Positions 54,992 to 62,848 of a stretch of 64,000 bases of DNA are shown here, piece after piece; within the stretch, counting starts at the first letter, position 1, and each line of letters starts with the position of its first letter. This DNA comes from an uncultured Christensenella sp. (lineage in GTDB: Bacteria; Bacillota; Clostridia; Christensenellales; UBA3700): positions 103,739 to 167,738 of the forward strand of contig CATMWH010000003.1 of NCBI GenBank assembly GCA_950079155.1, written 5' to 3'. The translations under genes and the position numbers were made by a program. The notes beneath the pieces were generated by a model. The model was given only the letters and a program-made list of their open reading frames with translations, was not told the DNA's origin and ran no database searches.

Positions 54992-56671
54992 ATGGAAAAT
55001 AATAATCAAAGTCAACTTGGTGAATTTCAAAGTTTTGCAATTCAGCCTGAAATAATAAAGAGTCTTGACGAACAAGGCATTCTTACTCCCACTGATATTC
55101 AGCGCGAAGTAATCCCTATTGCGCTAAAAGATGGAGACGTGGTTGCGCAGGCGCCTACCGGCACGGGCAAGACTCTTGCTTTCGTATTGCCGATGTTTGC
55201 CAAGATAGACAGAGACGCGTCTTGCGTACAGGCATTGGTCCTCTGTCCGACGAGAGAACTTGTCATTCAAATTTGCGAAGTAATTCAAAGTCTTTGCAAG
55301 TATTACGAGAGAGTGCGCGTAGCAGGGCTTTACGGCGGGCAGAACATTCAAAGACAACTGTTTTGTCTTCGCAAAAAACCTCAGATAGTAGTCGGCACTC
55401 CCGGCAGATTGCTTGACCATATAGATAGGAGAACTTTAAAACTTGGCGACGTCAGTTATCTCGTACTTGACGAGTGCGACGAAATGCTGGATATGGGTTT
55501 TAGGGGAGATATTGAAAAAATAGACGGAAAGATTGGCAAGGCGCAAAGACTGTGCTTTTCGGCAACTATACCGCAATCTATCAATACTCTTATTCAAAAA
55601 CTTTTGTATAATCCCACGTTTGTCAAGACGTCGGTGGACGGCGAAGATACACCAAAGATAGAACAATATTATTGTGTAGTGAAGGATGCGCAACGGCTTG
55701 GCGCAATGCTGAAAATTATTGACGGAAATAAATACGATTTTGTCATAGTGTTTTGCAATACGAAAACCAGAGCGGACAAACTTTTTTGCGCGCTCAAGTC
55801 CAAGGGGAGAGAAGCAGCGCTTTTGCACGGTGATTTGAGACAGAGCGAGCGTACGCAGATACTCAAGAGATTTAAGGCAAAAGAGTTGAAAATTTTGGTG
55901 GCAACCGACGTTGCGTCGCGAGGTTTGGATATAGACGGAGTGCAGGCAATAATAAATTTTGACCCTCCGACAGATGAAGATTTTTACGTTCACCGTATTG
56001 GTAGAACTGCCAGGGCAAGTAAGGAAGGCGTTGCGTATACCCTGATAGACAGCGCTCAGGTAGGCTATATTCCAAGTTATCAACGCAAAGTCGACAATGC
56101 GCTTAGATATAAGGATATAGGGGTGATTTCCGATAGTTACACTATGCCTAAAGACGGATCCAACAGACTTAGGGATTTTCACGGCAACCAGAGCAGATTT
56201 TTCCTCAACGTCGGCAAGAGAGATTTGCTCGATAAGGACAGCCTTACCAAGTTGCTTTTGACGTATACGCCTTTGAAAATATACGAAATTGCCGATCTCA
56301 AGATACGCGATACTTATTCGTTCGTATCGGTAATTAAGGGGTGCGAAGGCAAACTTTTTAAACTCGAAGGAGTGGTGCTCGGAAAACGTGAAGTGACCAT
56401 TCAAGAGGCAAAAGAGGAAGAAAAACCTAAAAAGCAAAACGCTCCCGTGCAAAAGAACGGCGCGTCGTATTCAAAAGAAAAGAAGGATAAGTCAAAAAAT
56501 ATCAAAGACGGCAGATATAATGATAAAAATAATAAATCAAATTCGTCAAACAACAAATCAAAGTCAAAGAAAAAGTCGGGCAATATTCAATCAAAGAAAA
56601 GCAAACTTACGCAAATGTTTGAAGACGAACTCAATTATTCTATGAAGAAGTTTGGTAAGAAGAGGGGCTAG
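54992..56671 (+). CDS. DEAD-box ATP-dependent RNA helicase (DbpA-type C-terminal RNA-binding domain plus K/N/S-rich tail); motif II reads DECD
   Basis: 559 aa. Q motif, AQAPTGTGKT, PTRELV, TPGRLLD, VLDECDEML, SAT, VATDVASRGLDI, HRIGRTARA. DbpA-like RFFLNVGKRD...YSFVSV. Confidence 0.9.
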   Translation: MENNNQSQLGEFQSFAIQPEIIKSLDEQGILTPTDIQREVIPIALKDGDVVAQAPTGTGKTLAFVLPMFAKIDRDASCVQALVLCPTRELVIQICEVIQSLCKYYERVRVAGLYGGQNIQRQLFCLRKKPQIVVGTPGRLLDHIDRRTLKLGDVSYLVLDECDEMLDMGFRGDIEKIDGKIGKAQRLCFSATIPQSINTLIQKLLYNPTFVKTSVDGEDTPKIEQYYCVVKDAQRLGAMLKIIDGNKYDFVIVFCNTKTRADKLFCALKSKGREAALLHGDLRQSERTQILKRFKAKELKILVATDVASRGLDIDGVQAIINFDPPTDEDFYVHRIGRTARASKEGVAYTLIDSAQVGYIPSYQRKVDNALRYKDIGVISDSYTMPKDGSNRLRDFHGNQSRFFLNVGKRDLLDKDSLTKLLLTYTPLKIYEIADLKIRDTYSFVSVIKGCEGKLFKLEGVVLGKREVTIQEAKEEEKPKKQNAPVQKNGASYSKEKKDKSKNIKDGRYNDKNNKSNSSNNKSKSKKKSGNIQSKKSKLTQMFEDELNYSMKKFGKKRG

Positions 56672-56693
56672 ACAAAAGGATTTAGGATTTATC

Positions 56694-56757
56694 TGTCACA
56701 CCGATAAGAAATCTGTTGACATATTTTATGTCATCTCAAGCGCAGTCGACAGGTCTA
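56694..56757 (+). repeat. Two adjacent diverged copies of the dispersed repeat
   Basis: 56694-56714 TGTCACACCGATAAGAAATCT (short form) and 56728-56757 ATGTCATCTCAAGCGCAGTCGACAGGTCTA. Confidence 0.45.
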
Positions 56758-56795
56758 TATCCGTATTTATTTGTGATTAGTGAAAAGAGGAATAT

Positions 56796-57179
56796 ATGAA
56801 AGATACAAAACAAAATATATCAAAGACGTTTGTTATGCACTTATGCGACGAGATGTTTGACGCTGTTGCGATGGGTACGAAGGTTGTTGAAACGAGGCTT
56901 TATGACGAAAAGCGTCAACTTATAGGCATAGGAGATTATATTGAGTTCGTTAAAGAAAGCGATAAGTCTCAGCGAGTGAAAAGACGCGTCGCGGATATGG
57001 TCATAGGCAAGTCGTTTGAAGAAGTATTCAGCAGCGTATTGCTGAGGTTTACGCCAAAGCAGTTGGGGTTTCCCGACGAGTTTTCGCTCAAGTCAATGGT
57101 CGACGCTATGTATAGATATTACGGCAGAGACAGAGAATTGCAATACGGCGTAATATCCTTTGTAATAGACGGTATATAA
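56796..57179 (+). CDS. ASCH-domain protein
   Basis: 127 aa. MFDAVAMGTKVVETRLYDEKRQLIGIGDYIEF is the typical ASCH N-terminal pattern. Confidence 0.7.
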   Translation: MKDTKQNISKTFVMHLCDEMFDAVAMGTKVVETRLYDEKRQLIGIGDYIEFVKESDKSQRVKRRVADMVIGKSFEEVFSSVLLRFTPKQLGFPDEFSLKSMVDAMYRYYGRDRELQYGVISFVIDGI

Positions 57180-57228
57180 TATCATTTAGGCATTTAGCAA
57201 AGTCAAAAAATATTAATTCAACTTAAAT

Positions 57229-57263
57229 AAAAAAGTATGCTAGACTGTGAGCATACTTTTTTA
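57229..57263. terminator. Bidirectional terminator between the ASCH gene and convergent potD
   Basis: AAAAAGTATGC ...loop... GCATACTTTTTT. Confidence 0.75.
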
Positions 57264-57300
57264 TAAAACGTGTCCGCTATCGACGGAATTTTCAGAGCGC

Positions 57301-58653
57301 TTACGCTTTTACGTTTCGCCACATTCTATTCATATCGCGAGTCTTGTCTCCGTAATCTTTCATTACGGCGCATCTTTGCACGATTTCCAAGGTTGGGAAT
57401 TGTGCTTCAAAGGCATTGTAATCTTCCTCTTCTACGTAAATTATCGTATCAAATTCGCTGTCTTCACCGAAGAAATATGATAGATCTACAAAATAGTCGG
57501 TCTCGTCTTCGCTTGCCCAATTTTCGATAATATAGTCGTATACGTCTTGGGATACTATGCCCGACGTATATCCGATGTAATCCATATTTTGTACGGCAAT
57601 ATCACCTTTGCACATAAAGTTTATCCAAAGATTTGCCGCTGTCGTATTACGGCTATACTTGGGGATACACCAAGCGTCGCAGAATATATTAGAACCCTCG
57701 TAAGGTACGAAGTAAGATAGGTCTCTTTCGCGAGAGAGTTCTTCCTGCAACGAACTCATTGCGTATACCGCGTCGCCTGCCCATTGCAAAGTCAAATCAA
57801 TGTCTCCTTGGATTATGACTTCTTTGCCCTCGTCATTCTCATATCCGCTTAGCAAAGATTTTTGCTTGATGAGTTGTTTCTCTATCTTTTTTACGTTGTT
57901 TTCGTCCGTAGCGTTGAGCGCAAGCGAAGGAGTCATCGTAGGTAAGACTATTTCTCCCGAGCGGTCGTTGAGCAGGGTATATATTGCGCCGATTGCATAT
58001 GTATCGCGCACAGAATTTTTCATCATTATTCTTTGATTAAACGCCTTATCCCAAAGCACTGCCCAGCCGTTGGCTTCGACGTATTCTTGCATTGATGAGT
58101 ATTCTCCGTAACTTGAATTTTTATATGCGGTCGCGTCGTTTGCGTACAGTATTCCAAGCGTGCCCATCGTGTAGGGACGGCTGAAGACGTTATACTCTCC
58201 GCTTTTTTGGTCATAATCGTAATCAAAGTAATATCCGTCTTTGACATTGCCGGAGAGCAGCAAAGGAGAGACGTCGTCTCGATAGTCTTCGATTTCGCCG
58301 TAGCCCAAATCGTCGAGATTTTTTTCCAGTCTTATCAGAAGGTTTTCCTTTGCCATCTTTTCGACCATATAGTCGGAAGGGCATATCACGTCGTAGTCGG
58401 CTTGCGTAGTTTTAATTTGCGAATACATAAGTTCGTTTTCATCAAACAGGTCGTACTTGACAGTTATGTTTTTGCCTGTTATTTCATAATAGTATTCCTC
58501 GAATTCGCCTATTACGTCTTCGCCGATATATTCTGACCAATTATATACTTTGAGCACTTCGTCGCGCGGAGCGCAGCCCGTCATTACGATAGGCAATACC
58601 AGAGAGAGCGCCAAGGTCAATAATATAGCGGTTACAGTCAATCGTTTTTTCAT
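57301..58653 (-). CDS. potD: Spermidine/putrescine ABC transporter substrate-binding lipoprotein
   Basis: 450 aa. Lipobox IVMTGC|APR. VYNWSEYI and PSDYMVEKM are PotD-like. Operon context. Confidence 0.8.
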   Translation of the reverse strand: MKKRLTVTAILLTLALSLVLPIVMTGCAPRDEVLKVYNWSEYIGEDVIGEFEEYYYEITGKNITVKYDLFDENELMYSQIKTTQADYDVICPSDYMVEKMAKENLLIRLEKNLDDLGYGEIEDYRDDVSPLLLSGNVKDGYYFDYDYDQKSGEYNVFSRPYTMGTLGILYANDATAYKNSSYGEYSSMQEYVEANGWAVLWDKAFNQRIMMKNSVRDTYAIGAIYTLLNDRSGEIVLPTMTPSLALNATDENNVKKIEKQLIKQKSLLSGYENDEGKEVIIQGDIDLTLQWAGDAVYAMSSLQEELSRERDLSYFVPYEGSNIFCDAWCIPKYSRNTTAANLWINFMCKGDIAVQNMDYIGYTSGIVSQDVYDYIIENWASEDETDYFVDLSYFFGEDSEFDTIIYVEEEDYNAFEAQFPTLEIVQRCAVMKDYGDKTRDMNRMWRNVKA

Positions 58654-58679
58654 TTCTTCTCCTATGGATATGCAAGCGC

Positions 58680-59504
58680 TTAATGCTTTTCTTGCTTTTT
58701 CTTTGGCGTATAAAGTATCATCATCAGAGCGAATACTATAAAGAAAATTATTGTAAACAAAGCTCTTATGTCGGCAGGCAATGGGTGTTTGCCGTTTTTG
58801 AGACCGTAAAGCAAAGTTGAGAGGGTCTCAAAAGATGTCACATTGACTTTCGTAATAACAAAGTCGTCTATAGAGAGCGTAAATGACAGCAATGCGCCCA
58901 CTATTATGCCCGGCATTATATCGGGTATTACTACTTTGAACATTGCTTTTGCAGGAGTGCACCCCAGATCCAGCGCCGCCTCGTATATTTTATTGTCGGA
59001 CTTTTGCAGTCTCGGAAGTACGTTGAGAAGGACATATGGGGCGCAGAAAGTCGTTTGAGCAAGTATGAGTTTAAGCGCCGTCATACCCCAACTGCCGTCG
59101 TTGATTTTGAACATTGCGGCAAAGAGGTTGAATACCAAAGCCAACGCTATAGCGGTTACAATTTCGCTGTTTATCATAGGTATTTGATTTACGGTGCTAT
59201 AGACAGTCTTCACGCGTTTGCTGTGTATTGCGTGCAAACCTATTGCGCCGAGAGTGCCGAGTATCGTCGATAACAGACTTACAAAAAAACCTACGAACAA
59301 CGTGTTAATCAACGCTTCTTGAATTTTGTCGGCATTGGGACCGTTGCCGCTGAAAAGGTTGATATAGTTGTTGAAAGAAAATCCGCTCCAGTCGCTGAAA
59401 GAAGGCGTCTCCGTAAAGGAGAATATTATCATCCAAATGATAGGCAGATACAGCATAATAAGTACGAGACCTATGAATGTTCTGACAAGTATTTTTCTTA
59501 CCAT
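58680..59504 (-). CDS. potC: Spermidine/putrescine ABC transporter permease
   Basis: 274 aa, 6 TM. EAA loop YEAALDLGCTPAKAMFKVVIP. Confidence 0.85.
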   Translation of the reverse strand: MVRKILVRTFIGLVLIMLYLPIIWMIIFSFTETPSFSDWSGFSFNNYINLFSGNGPNADKIQEALINTLFVGFFVSLLSTILGTLGAIGLHAIHSKRVKTVYSTVNQIPMINSEIVTAIALALVFNLFAAMFKINDGSWGMTALKLILAQTTFCAPYVLLNVLPRLQKSDNKIYEAALDLGCTPAKAMFKVVIPDIMPGIIVGALLSFTLSIDDFVITKVNVTSFETLSTLLYGLKNGKHPLPADIRALFTIIFFIVFALMMILYTPKKKQEKH

Positions 59505-60280
59505 AATCCGCCCCCTTTAGCGCCGCTGTCATTGCTGTATTTGTTGGAAATGATCATTGAAGCGCACATAAATATCAACAGTATGAAAGATATTGCAGCC
59601 GCCATATTAAGAGAGTCTGCTTTGAGGGAATATATGAAGTCGCCTAGAAGCATCATTTTTCCGTTGCTCATAATTTCGGTTACGGCAAAAGTCGTAATCG
59701 AAGGAATCATTACCATCGTCAGTCCGCTCACTATGCCCGGCATAGATAGAGGGACAGTTATTTGCCAAAACGCTCTTATAGGAGTCGCGCCCAAATCGCT
59801 TGCGCCTTCTATATAGCACTTGTCTATCTTGAGAAGGGTATTGTACAAAGGCATAATCATATAAGGCAAAAATTCATAAGTCAAACCGAATATCACCGCG
59901 CCCATACCCATTTTGAATCCTATTACGTTGAATACCGCTTTGGTTGCCATCATTCTCAAAAGAAAGTTGACCCACATCGGCGCAAGAAAGAGTCCTATCA
60001 TCACGCCTTTTTTATTGAATTCGGTTTTTGTGAGATAGTACGCTATAGGATAGCCTATCAAAAGACATAGCGCACTGGTAGAAAGTCCCGCGATGAGCGA
60101 GTTGCCTATTACTTTGCCAAGCGCCTGTTCTTTTGCAAGTTCTTTGAAGTTGGTTATCATATCGAATGAGCCGTCGCTTGCGTCAATAAAGGCAAATACC
60201 AATACCAATACGAGAGGCAGCAATACGAAGATCGCCATAAAGAGCGCATAGGGGATCGCTAAGGATTTTTTGAACATCAC
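59498..60280 (-). CDS. potB: Spermidine/putrescine ABC transporter permease
   Basis: 260 aa, 6 TM. EAA loop [21 protein letters not shown]. Confidence 0.85.
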   Translation of the reverse strand: MMFKKSLAIPYALFMAIFVLLPLVLVLVFAFIDASDGSFDMITNFKELAKEQALGKVIGNSLIAGLSTSALCLLIGYPIAYYLTKTEFNKKGVMIGLFLAPMWVNFLLRMMATKAVFNVIGFKMGMGAVIFGLTYEFLPYMIMPLYNTLLKIDKCYIEGASDLGATPIRAFWQITVPLSMPGIVSGLTMVMIPSITTFAVTEIMSNGKMMLLGDFIYSLKADSLNMAAAISFILLIFMCASMIISNKYSNDSGAKGGGLW

Positions 60281-61938
60281 TCGCCCTCCTTAATTGACAC
60301 AAGTCGGAATCTGTCGATTTTTATGCCCACTCTGTCGCCTTTGTCCCAAAGATACTCCGTATCGGCGTATATATGTCGGTTGTCGTCCGTCTTTATATCG
60401 ACGATGTAATTCTTGCCCTTGTATATCATACTGTCTACGTTGCCGGCAAGGGGAGCGGCGTACTCGTCGTCGGTCATATCTATATCTGTAAAAGCAAATC
60501 GTACTTGAGCTTCTTGACCTTTGAGCGTCATTTCTACGCCGTTTACAGTCAATATATCCTGTTCGCTGTCGTAGGAGCAGTTTTCAAAGAGCGTCGTCGG
60601 ATCAAACTCGTATTCTCCTCCGTAGAGGTCAAAAGTCGTATTTGACGTAAACGTAACGGCCGCGGTATTATCGACGTGTTCTTTATTCATTATTTGAATA
60701 TTCTCCGGTGAGACGTATAGTCCGACTTCTTTGCCGATAGGGGCTTCCACTGTGCTGTGAATGATAAATTCATAGCCGTTACATTCGCACACCATTTCGT
60801 AATGCACGCCTCTGAACATACTTGATTTTATCACGCCGGTGATTATTCCTTTTTCCTTACTCTTAACTTCGATATCCTCGGGACGAATGACTATGTCTAC
60901 AGGAGTATTTTGACCAAACCCTGCGTCTACGCACTTGAATTCCGCGCCTACGATATTTACTCTGTAGTCGTCAATCATAATGCCGTCGAGTATGTTGGAT
61001 TCGCCTATGAAGTCTGCGACATAAGCCGTCTTAGGTTCGTTATATATATCTATGGGAGTACCTTCTTGCAATATAGCGCCGTCTTTCATTACGACGACGG
61101 TGTCGCTCATTGTCAATGCCTCTTCTTGATCGTGCGTAACATAAATAAACGTAATGCCGAGTTTTTTGTGCATTTCTTTTAATTCGATTTGCATTTCTTG
61201 ACGCATTTTGAGGTCAAGCGCTCCGAGCGGCTCGTCGAGTAAAAGTACTTTAGGTTCGTTGACTATGGCTCTTGCGATTGCTACCCTCTGTTGTTGACCG
61301 CCTGAGAGAGAATCCACGTCTCTTGTCTCATAATCGCTCAGACCAACTATCTTAAGCGCGCGACGCACCTTTTCGTCAATATAGTATTTATAGCCGCTGA
61401 CTTCTTTTTTTACGCGACCTTTCTTGGTCATTTTGTTTACGCTTTTCTTTATCTTGCAGAGTTTGACGTAGCCTTTTTCTATGTAAGAATAATAATCGTC
61501 GTTTGCAATAGAGAAATCGGGTTTGCCGGTACTAGGGTCAATCAAAAAGTTTTTAAGTTTGACTTGCTTTTTAGCGGGTTCGCCGTTTTTCTTTTTATAC
61601 GATACTTCTATCTTTTTTAGTTTGAGACCAAAAGCGATATTGTTAAATACGTTGAGATGTGGGAATAGCGCATATTTTTGGAATACCGTGTTGACGTGAC
61701 GCTTGTGCGGCGGAAATTTTGCTATATCTTCGCCGTCAAAAAGCACTTTGCCTTGCGTGGGTATTTCAAATCCCGCAATCATTCTCAAAGTTGTCGTCTT
61801 ACCGCAACCGCTTGGTCCCAAGAAAGTGACAAACTGTCCCTTTTTGATATTGAGATTTATATTGTTTACAACGGTTTTGTTGCCGTATTGTTTTGTAAGT
61901 CCTTGAAGTTGAATAATGTATTCTGTGCTGTTTTCCAT
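60277..61938 (-). CDS. potA: Spermidine/putrescine ABC transporter ATPase with a large internal insertion and an extended C-terminus
   Basis: 553 aa. [10 protein letters not shown]-loop [39 protein letters not shown]. About 85 aa ([15 protein letters not shown]...GYKYY) lie between the Q-loop and the signature. About 120 extra C-terminal aa. Confidence 0.88.
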   Translation of the reverse strand: MENSTEYIIQLQGLTKQYGNKTVVNNINLNIKKGQFVTFLGPSGCGKTTTLRMIAGFEIPTQGKVLFDGEDIAKFPPHKRHVNTVFQKYALFPHLNVFNNIAFGLKLKKIEVSYKKKNGEPAKKQVKLKNFLIDPSTGKPDFSIANDDYYSYIEKGYVKLCKIKKSVNKMTKKGRVKKEVSGYKYYIDEKVRRALKIVGLSDYETRDVDSLSGGQQQRVAIARAIVNEPKVLLLDEPLGALDLKMRQEMQIELKEMHKKLGITFIYVTHDQEEALTMSDTVVVMKDGAILQEGTPIDIYNEPKTAYVADFIGESNILDGIMIDDYRVNIVGAEFKCVDAGFGQNTPVDIVIRPEDIEVKSKEKGIITGVIKSSMFRGVHYEMVCECNGYEFIIHSTVEAPIGKEVGLYVSPENIQIMNKEHVDNTAAVTFTSNTTFDLYGGEYEFDPTTLFENCSYDSEQDILTVNGVEMTLKGQEAQVRFAFTDIDMTDDEYAAPLAGNVDSMIYKGKNYIVDIKTDDNRHIYADTEYLWDKGDRVGIKIDRFRLVSIKEGE

Positions 61939-61953
61939 AGTGTTCTCCCAATA

Positions 61954-62487
61954 TCAAAAAGTCGGAGGGCTGGATACCCAAAGTATTTTTGTCGCCTCTT
62001 GACTTTTGTTTTCTATATAGTGTTTTTTCTTGCTGGTGAAATAGAAAGAATTTCCCGCTTTTATTTCATATTCTTTTTTGCCTAGATGCAATATTGCTTG
62101 ACCTTGAAGTACATATCCGAATTCCTCGCCCTCGTGAGGCATATCTTCAGTCGTGCTTACGCCGGCTTGAAGGGTCAGCAAGATTGGTTCCATTTCGTTT
62201 TTGAGCGAATTGGGCACAAGCCAAGTTATGAGTTCGCCATCGTCTTCTTTCTCAAAAAAGTCTTGCTCATTGAATACGATTTGCTCGTCTACTTCTTCGT
62301 TAAAGAATGATTTGAGGTCGCTGCCGAGCACCGCAAGTATATCCATCAGCGTTGCGATAGACGGAGAAGTGAGATTGTTTTCAAGTTGGGATATGTATCC
62401 CTTCGTCAATTCGCATCTGTCCGCCAGTTCTTCTTGAGTAAGTCCGCATTGAAGTCTCAATCTCTTCAATTTTACTCCCAGATCCAT
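61954..62487 (-). CDS. XRE-HTH plus cupin domain transcriptional regulator (PuuR-like), first gene of the pot operon
   Basis: 177 aa. LKRLRLQCGLTQEELADRCELTKGYISQLENN, C-terminal cupin (HEGEEFGYVLQG...GNSFYF). 15-nt gap to potA. Confidence 0.85.
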   Translation of the reverse strand: MDLGVKLKRLRLQCGLTQEELADRCELTKGYISQLENNLTSPSIATLMDILAVLGSDLKSFFNEEVDEQIVFNEQDFFEKEDDGELITWLVPNSLKNEMEPILLTLQAGVSTTEDMPHEGEEFGYVLQGQAILHLGKKEYEIKAGNSFYFTSKKKHYIENKSQEATKILWVSSPPTF

Positions 62488-62570
62488 TTGGTCCTCCTAT
62501 GTCGTTACGATGAGCGTAAATATCTATTTTAACATCGTCAAAATGCGTCGATTACGTTAACTCAAAGTTG

Positions 62571-62640
62571 GTTTAGTAATTCTAAACAAAATTTTTAAAA
62601 GGTTTTATTTAGATAAACAAAAAGTTTAGAATTATTAAAC
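62571..62640. promoter_or_regulatory. Two GTTTAG-N5/6-(C/T)TAAAC palindromes (candidate operators of the XRE-cupin regulator)
   Basis: 62571-62587 GTTTAGTAATTCTAAAC and 62624-62640 GTTTAGAATTATTAAAC, 53 bp apart. The second abuts the predicted transcription start. Confidence 0.5.
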
Positions 62641-62646
62641 AAGTCG

Positions 62647-62675
62647 ATTATAATTTACTCTATGCCATATGTCAA
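62647..62675 (-). promoter_or_regulatory. pot operon promoter, TTGACA-17-TATAAT (minus strand)
   Basis: Reverse-complement hexamers at 62670-62675 and 62647-62652. Confidence 0.6.
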
Positions 62676-62811
62676 CAATTATTGATATATTTTTTATAAT
62701 TTTGTTGCAAATAAATGCTCGAAGTTGCGAATATGGCTTTTTGAGCAGATTATTAAGTATTATGCACGCGCTTTTAATAACTTTGATATCTGTATAATTA
62801 TTTAAAAAGTA

Positions 62812-62840
62812 TAGACAAACAAATAAAGTCGTGCTAAAAT
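62812..62840 (+). promoter_or_regulatory. Promoter TAGACA-17-TGcTAAAAT, 8 nt from the ATG (candidate leaderless or near-leaderless)
   Basis: Hexamers at 62812-62817 and 62835-62840. ATG at 62849. No SD. Confidence 0.5.
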
Positions 62841-62848
62841 TAAACCGT

